This document shows positions 58,527-64,000 of a stretch of DNA of 64,000 nt, piece by piece; within the stretch, counting starts at the first letter, position 1, and each line of letters starts with the position of its first letter. The stretch is from contig CAYZAU010000011.1 of NCBI GenBank assembly GCA_964475665.1, positions 3,520 to 67,519 on the forward strand, given 5' to 3'. Position numbers and translations under genes: made by a program. A model generated the notes under the pieces. It did no database searches. It saw only the letters and a list, made by a program, of their open reading frames with translations, and was not told where the DNA came from. This stretch comes from an uncultured Acetatifactor sp. GTDB lineage: Bacteria > Bacillota > Clostridia > Lachnospirales > Lachnospiraceae.

Positions 58527-59516
58527 ATGTATCAGGCAGAGGAGAAGAGATATGAAACCATGCAGTATAACCGCTGCGGAAGGAGCGGGCTGCTGCTTCC
58601 GGCAGTTTCTTTGGGACTGTGGCATAATTTTGGCTCCAACGGTAATTTCGAGAATATGAAAGCAATGTGTCATACCGCCTTTGACAACGGCATCACACAT
58701 TTCGATCTGGCAAATAATTACGGTCCGGTGCCCGGGGCTGCGGAGGAGAATTTCGGAAGAATTTTAAAAGACGGACTTGGGTCATACCGGGATGAGCTGA
58801 TTATCTCAACGAAGGCGGGCTATGATATGTGGCCGGGACCTTATGGAAACTGGGGCAGCAGAAAGTATCTGACGGCAAGCCTTGACCAGAGCCTGAAGCG
58901 GATGGGACTGGATTATGTGGATATTTACTATCACCACAGACCTGACCCTGACACGCCCATGGAGGAAACGGCAGGAGCGCTGAATGACCTTGTGAGGAGC
59001 GGCAAGGCGCTGTATGTCGGTATCTCTAATTATAATAAGGAGCAGACCATTGCGATTGCGGAGCTGTTCCAAAAGCTGGGAACGCCCTTTGTCATCAATC
59101 AGAGAAAGTATTCCATGCTGGAGCGTACCATAGAGAAGGACGGTCTGAAGGCATATGCAGCGGCGCACGGCATTGGCATCATCACCTTCTGCCCGCTGGC
59201 GCAGGGGCTTCTGACAGACAGGTATCTCCACGGGATTCCGGAGGACAGCCGCATCCGCACGGACGGCAGATTCCTGAAGGAGAATGCCGTCACGGAGGAA
59301 ATGCTTGCCAGAGTGCGGCGGCTGGGAGAGCTGGCGGCGCGGAGAGGTCAGTCGCTGGCGCAGATGGCGCTTGCGTGGATTCTGCGTGACGGAGACATCA
59401 CGAGTGTCCTGATTGGTGCGTCCAGACCTTCCCAGATTTTGGATAATATCGGCATGATAGGCAATACCTTCTTCTCGGAGGAGGAACGCAGGGAAATTGA
59501 TGAGATTCTGAGGTAG
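58527..59516 (+). CDS. Aldo/keto reductase, YghZ/Gpr (L-glyceraldehyde 3-phosphate reductase) subfamily
   Basis: YNRCGRSGLLLPAVSLGLWHNFG, THFDLANNYGP, ISTKAGYDMWPGPYGNWGSRKYL; SD AGGAGGT. Confidence 0.92.
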   Translation: MYQAEEKRYETMQYNRCGRSGLLLPAVSLGLWHNFGSNGNFENMKAMCHTAFDNGITHFDLANNYGPVPGAAEENFGRILKDGLGSYRDELIISTKAGYDMWPGPYGNWGSRKYLTASLDQSLKRMGLDYVDIYYHHRPDPDTPMEETAGALNDLVRSGKALYVGISNYNKEQTIAIAELFQKLGTPFVINQRKYSMLERTIEKDGLKAYAAAHGIGIITFCPLAQGLLTDRYLHGIPEDSRIRTDGRFLKENAVTEEMLARVRRLGELAARRGQSLAQMALAWILRDGDITSVLIGASRPSQILDNIGMIGNTFFSEEERREIDEILR

Positions 59517-59524
59517 AAGCGGCT

Positions 59525-61012
59525 ATGAGAGATGTAATTATAATCGGTGCGGGCGTGACGGGCTGTGCCATAGCCAGAGAACTGTCGCGCTATGAACTGA
59601 AGGTGACGGTGCTGGAGCGGGCAGAGGATGTCTGCGAGGGCACCTCCAAGGCAAACAGCGGAATTGTCCACGCGGGCTATGACGCGAAGCCGGGAACGCT
59701 GAAGGCGAAACTGAATGTGGCGGGAAACCGCCGCATGGAGGAGCTTGCGCGGGAGCTGGACTTTCCCTTCAAAAGAAACGGGTCGCTGGTGCTTGGCTTC
59801 TCACAGGACGACCGCGCAAGACTTCAGACGCTGTATGAGCAGGGTGTAAGGAACGGTGTGGAGGGACTGCGTATTCTGGAGCAGGAGGAGCTGAGGAGAC
59901 TGGAGCCGAATGCTTCCGAAAACGCCTATGCCGCGCTGTATGCGCCCTCTGCGGGGATAGTCTGTCCCTTTGGACTGACGATTGCGCTGGCGGAGAATGC
60001 CGCCACAAACGGCGTGGAATTCCGGCTGAATACTAAGGTGCAGAAGGTGGAGAAGGCGGAGAACGGGTATCGCGTCGTTACCGCAAGGGAGGTTCTGGAA
60101 GGCCGGGCAGTGGTCAATGCGGCAGGCATCTATGCGGCGGATATCCACAACATGGTAAGTGAAAAAAAGCTGCGGATTCAGCCCAGAAAGGGAGAGTACT
60201 GCCTGATGGACAGGAAGGTGGGAGACCTTGTCGGGCATACACTCTTTCAGCTGCCAACCGCTTACGGAAAGGGCGTTTTAGTGACACCCACCGTTCACGG
60301 CAATCTGCTGGTGGGTCCTACGGCTGAGGATGTAAGGGAAACGGAGGCGCTAAATACCACCGCGGCGGGCATGGAGGAGGTATTGAAGAAGGCATCGCTG
60401 AGCGTTGGCAGTCTGCCGGTCAGACAGGTGATTACCTCTTTTGCGGGACTGCGCGCACATCTGACTTCCGGGCAGGATGACTTTGTGATAGGTCAGCCGG
60501 AGGATGCCCCGGGCTTCTTCGATGCGGCGGGTATTGAATCTCCCGGACTTTCCTGTGCGCCTGCCATCGGGGAGTATCTGGCAGGGCAGGTGCTTGCCTT
60601 CCTGCCGGCGGAAAAGAAGAAAAATTTTACAGCCGTAAGGAAGGGAATTCCCAGCATGGCGCTGGCATCCGAAAAGGAGCGCCGCAGGCTGATTCGTAAG
60701 AATCCGCTTTACGGCAATGTCATCTGCCGCTGTGAGCTTGTCACGGAGGGAGAGATTGTGGATGCCATTCACAGACCGTTGGGAGCGACAACCCTCGACG
60801 GGGTAAAGCGGCGGGTCAGGGCAGGAATGGGAAGATGCCAGGCAGGCTTCTGTTCTCCGGCGACGGTGGAGATACTGGCGCGGGAGCTGCACAGGGATAT
60901 GGGCGAAATTACCAAGAGAGGTGCAGGGAGCGCTTTCCTGACGGGATATAACAAGGACGGGAGCGGGGAGATGACCGCTTGCAGCTGTGAGGTGACAGCA
61001 AAAGAGGAGTAG
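59525..61012 (+). CDS. FAD-dependent oxidoreductase with C-terminal BFD-like [2Fe-2S] domain (probable glycerol-3-phosphate dehydrogenase catalytic subunit)
   Basis: IIGAGVTG, TSKANSGIVHAG, ICRCELVTEGEI...RAGMGRCQAGFC; upstream of glpK. Confidence 0.85.
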   Translation: MRDVIIIGAGVTGCAIARELSRYELKVTVLERAEDVCEGTSKANSGIVHAGYDAKPGTLKAKLNVAGNRRMEELARELDFPFKRNGSLVLGFSQDDRARLQTLYEQGVRNGVEGLRILEQEELRRLEPNASENAYAALYAPSAGIVCPFGLTIALAENAATNGVEFRLNTKVQKVEKAENGYRVVTAREVLEGRAVVNAAGIYAADIHNMVSEKKLRIQPRKGEYCLMDRKVGDLVGHTLFQLPTAYGKGVLVTPTVHGNLLVGPTAEDVRETEALNTTAAGMEEVLKKASLSVGSLPVRQVITSFAGLRAHLTSGQDDFVIGQPEDAPGFFDAAGIESPGLSCAPAIGEYLAGQVLAFLPAEKKKNFTAVRKGIPSMALASEKERRRLIRKNPLYGNVICRCELVTEGEIVDAIHRPLGATTLDGVKRRVRAGMGRCQAGFCSPATVEILARELHRDMGEITKRGAGSAFLTGYNKDGSGEMTACSCEVTAKEE

Positions 61013-61014
61013 GA

Positions 61015-62292
61015 ATGAAAAAGGATTTGGTCATTATCGGCGGCGGGCCGGCGGGGCTGGCGGCAGCCGTTGCCGCAAGGACGGCGGGAATAGAGGATCT
61101 GCTGATACTGGAAAGGGATGCAAGGCTGGGAGGAATTCTGAATCAGTGCATTCATAACGGCTTCGGGCTGCATACCTTCAGGGAGGAGCTTACAGGGCCG
61201 GAGTACGCGGACAGATACATCAGGCAGGCAGAGGAGCTTGGCATTCCCTACCGTCTGAGTACCATGGTGACAGACCTGACGCAGGAGCAGGGAAGCGGAG
61301 AAAAGCTTGTCACTGCCATGAGCAGGGAGGATGGGCTTTATACGATTGAGGCGAGGGCGGTGATTCTGGCGATGGGATGTCGGGAGCGCTCCAGAGGCGC
61401 CCTGAATATTCCGGGCTTCCGTCCGGCAGGCATCTATTCCGCGGGAACGGCGCAGCGCTATGTCAATATGGAGGGAAGAATGCCGGGCAGGGAGGTTGTA
61501 ATTTTAGGCTCCGGCGACATCGGACTGATTATGGCAAGGCGGATGACGTTAGAGGGTGCCAGAGTGAAGCTGGTGGCAGAGCTGATGCCTTATTCCGGCG
61601 GCTTGAAGCGCAATATCGTACAGTGTCTGGAGGATTTCGACATTCCTCTGAAGCTGAGACACACCGTGGTTGACATCAGGGGAAGAGACCGGGTGGAGGC
61701 TGTGGTGGTCGCAGAGGTGGACGAAAATTCCAAGCCAATCCCCGGAACGGAGGAGGAGATTGCCTGCGACACGCTCTTGCTCTCCTGCGGTCTGATTCCC
61801 GAGAATGAATTATCCGTTAATCTGGGTGTCGCGATGAACCAGACGACAAACGGTCCTCTGGTGGATGAGAGTCTGGAGACGGACAGGAAGGGTGTCTTTG
61901 CCTGCGGAAATGTGCTGCATGTGCATGACCTTGTGGATTATGTCTCGGAGGAGGCAGCTCAGGCGGGCAAAAGGGCGGCGGCATACTTAAAAGGCGAGCT
62001 AAAGGCGGCAGAGAAGGAAATTCCGATTCATGCCGCAAACGGGGTGCGCTACACGGTTCCCTCCCGGGTGAATGTGAACCGTATGGAGGAGACACAGACG
62101 GTGCGTTTCCGGGTCGGCGGCATTTACAGGAATGTGGCAGTGGAGGTTGCATTGAACGGAAAAGTGGTGAACCGCTACAAAAAGCGCGTGCTTGCACCCG
62201 GTGAGATGGAGCAGCTTCAGCTGAGACGGGCAGATTTGGAGGCGGTGGAAAATCTGACGGAGATTACCATTTCCATCAGTGGAGAGTCATAG
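61015..62292 (+). CDS. NAD(P)/FAD-dependent pyridine nucleotide-disulphide oxidoreductase (partner subunit)
   Basis: IIGGGPAGLAAA, GGILNQCIHNGFG, ILGSGDIGLIMARR, FACGNVLHVHDLVD. Confidence 0.85.
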   Translation: MKKDLVIIGGGPAGLAAAVAARTAGIEDLLILERDARLGGILNQCIHNGFGLHTFREELTGPEYADRYIRQAEELGIPYRLSTMVTDLTQEQGSGEKLVTAMSREDGLYTIEARAVILAMGCRERSRGALNIPGFRPAGIYSAGTAQRYVNMEGRMPGREVVILGSGDIGLIMARRMTLEGARVKLVAELMPYSGGLKRNIVQCLEDFDIPLKLRHTVVDIRGRDRVEAVVVAEVDENSKPIPGTEEEIACDTLLLSCGLIPENELSVNLGVAMNQTTNGPLVDESLETDRKGVFACGNVLHVHDLVDYVSEEAAQAGKRAAAYLKGELKAAEKEIPIHAANGVRYTVPSRVNVNRMEETQTVRFRVGGIYRNVAVEVALNGKVVNRYKKRVLAPGEMEQLQLRRADLEAVENLTEITISISGES

Positions 62293-62314
62293 GAAGAGGG
62301 GCACAGAGAAGGGT

Positions 62315-62689
62315 ATGGAGAAAAGAGAATTTGTTTGCATAAGATGTCCGCTGGGCTGTAATATAACAGTGGAGACGGCAGGGACGGAAATAAAGAGTAT
62401 CACGGGAAATACCTGTCCCAGAGGAGCCGACTATGTGACAAAGGAGCTGACTGACCCCAGAAGGGTAGTCACCAGTCTGGTGCGCGTCGAGGGTGGTGAG
62501 CTTCCGGTGGTTTCCGTGAAAACGGTATCCGACATACCGAAGGCAGACATACAGGAGTGCGTCAGGAAGCTGGGAGAGCTTGTGCTGCAGGCTCCGGTTG
62601 CCCTGGGTGAGGTGGTGGCGGAAAACGTCTGCGGAAGCGGTGTGGACGTAGTGACGACTAAGGCGGTAAAGGCGATGCCAAGGCAGTAA
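62315..62689 (+). CDS. DUF1667-type small Cys-motif protein
   Basis: CIRCPLGC...GNTCPRG...PRRVVTS; third gene of the oxidoreductase triad. Confidence 0.82.
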   Translation: MEKREFVCIRCPLGCNITVETAGTEIKSITGNTCPRGADYVTKELTDPRRVVTSLVRVEGGELPVVSVKTVSDIPKADIQECVRKLGELVLQAPVALGEVVAENVCGSGVDVVTTKAVKAMPRQ

Positions 62690-62806
62690 AGGCGATGCCA
62701 AGGCAGTAAAGGCGATGCCAAGGCAGTAAAGGCGATGCCAAGGCAGTAAAGGCGATGCCTAAGGCGGTAAAGGCGATGCCTAAGGCGGTAAAGGCGTTGC
62801 CTAAGG
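62660..62806 (+). repeat. Tandem repeat, 20-21 bp x 7, spanning the DUF1667 stop and glpK leader
   Basis: Unit AAGGC(A/G)GTAAAGGCGATGCC(T); second copy supplies the TAA at 62687-62689. Confidence 0.95.
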
Positions 62807-62857
62807 AGAAGGACAGGGAGATGGCAAAGGATTTCCATAAGAAGGGATGGGAGGAAC

Positions 62858-64000
62858 ATGCAGAAGTATATCATGGCATTGGATCAGGGGACAACGAGCT
62901 CCCGCTGTATTCTGTTTGACAGGCAGGGAAATATCTGTTCCAAATCACAGCGGGAATTTACGCAGATTTATCCGCAGCCAGGATGGGTCGAGCACAATCC
63001 GATGGAAATCTGGTCCGGTCAGCTGGCAGTCGCAACGGAGTGCATGGCACTGGTGGGTGCGGATGCCGGGCAGATTGCGGCAATCGGCATCACAAACCAG
63101 AGGGAGACAACAATTCTCTGGGATAAGGAGACGGGAGAGCCGGTATATAATGCCATTGTGTGGCAGTGCCGCAGAACGGCAGACATGATAGAGGAGCTGA
63201 AGAGGGACGGCTTTGACCGGAAAATCCGGGAAAAGACGGGACTGATTCCCGACGCGTATTTCAGTGCATCCAAGATTGCATGGATATTGAGAAATGTGCC
63301 GGAGGCAGCCCAAAAGGCGAAGGAGGGACGACTGCTTTTCGGAACGGTGGACACGTGGCTCATCTGGAATCTGACCAGAGGGGCGGTGCACGTGACGGAT
63401 TATACGAACGCCTCCCGCACCATGCTGTTTGACATTCACCGGCTCTGCTGGGACGAAGAGATTCTACAGAGGTTTGACATCCCGGAAAGCATACTGCCGA
63501 AGGTGCGACCCTCCGGCTGCCTGTTCGGACACACGGATAAGGCTGTTTTGGGCGGCGAGATTCCCATTGCCGGAGCAGCGGGGGATCAGCAGGCTGCGCT
63601 GTTCGGGCAATGCTGCTTTGAACAGGGTGAGGTAAAGAATACATACGGAACAGGCTGCTTTCTGCTGATGAATACGGGGAAGCGGGCAATTTCCTCGCGG
63701 TCAGGGCTTCTGACGACCATGGCGGCGGGAAGCGGAGAGGAAGCGGAATATGCTCTGGAGGGAAGTGTATTTGTCGCGGGAGCGGGAGTACAATGGCTCA
63801 GGGACAGCATGAGGATGCTCAAGAGCGCGGGGCAGTCACAGGAGTACTGTGAGGCGGTCGGGGACACGGCGGGAGTTTATGTCGTGCCTGCCTTTGCGGG
63901 GCTGGGAGCACCCTACTGGAACCAATACGCCAGGGGAACAGTCGTCGGGCTGACAAGAGGCTGTACAAAGGAGCACTTCATACGCGCCATGCTGGAGTCG
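62858..64000 (+). CDS. glpK: Glycerol kinase, truncated by window edge
   Basis: Manual translation [21 protein letters not shown]...[11 protein letters not shown]...GITNQRETT...AIVWQCRRT...[10 protein letters not shown]...KNTYGTGCF; SD GGGAGG. Confidence 0.96.
   Translation, partial: MQKYIMALDQGTTSSRCILFDRQGNICSKSQREFTQIYPQPGWVEHNPMEIWSGQLAVATECMALVGADAGQIAAIGITNQRETTILWDKETGEPVYNAIVWQCRRTADMIEELKRDGFDRKIREKTGLIPDAYFSASKIAWILRNVPEAAQKAKEGRLLFGTVDTWLIWNLTRGAVHVTDYTNASRTMLFDIHRLCWDEEILQRFDIPESILPKVRPSGCLFGHTDKAVLGGEIPIAGAAGDQQAALFGQCCFEQGEVKNTYGTGCFLLMNTGKRAISSRSGLLTTMAAGSGEEAEYALEGSVFVAGAGVQWLRDSMRMLKSAGQSQEYCEAVGDTAGVYVVPAFAGLGAPYWNQYARGTVVGLTRGCTKEHFIRAMLES

Overview
This is a chromosomal backbone segment of a gut Firmicute, with gene content and order typical of Lachnospiraceae. 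I found no rRNA, tRNA, CRISPR array, transposase, integrase or phage gene. It holds two oligosaccharide-utilisation loci. The first is a YesM/YesN two-component system, an ABC importer, an uncharacterised discoidin-like protein and a GH88. The second is an Lpl-type ABC importer, a GH95, a YesS-like AraC regulator and an ankyrin-GH43 fusion. Housekeeping genes include T-box-controlled proS, mecA, trmB, trxA, ftsH, uvrC-hprK-glcK-murB-rapZ-whiA-HPr/Crh, fba and a cyclophilin. There is also an ABC-2 exporter locus, an Agr-like LytTR/GHKL pair with a direct-repeat box in front of two ABC exporters but no peptide gene, and a glycerol operon running off the right edge. The most interesting unexplained signals are: (1) a candidate ~105-nt minus-strand small RNA (56842-56946) with its own promoter and terminator, whose anti-Shine-Dalgarno and anti-ATG-AAA-AAG segments are joined by an 11-bp hairpin; (2) the ankyrin-GH43 fusion; (3) a three-way-junction structured leader fused to a 30-bp tandem array upstream of GH95; (4) pervasive purine-rich tandem arrays in gene leaders and as in-frame insertions. 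All calls come from reading the sequence and motif recognition; no database searches or folding programs were run.
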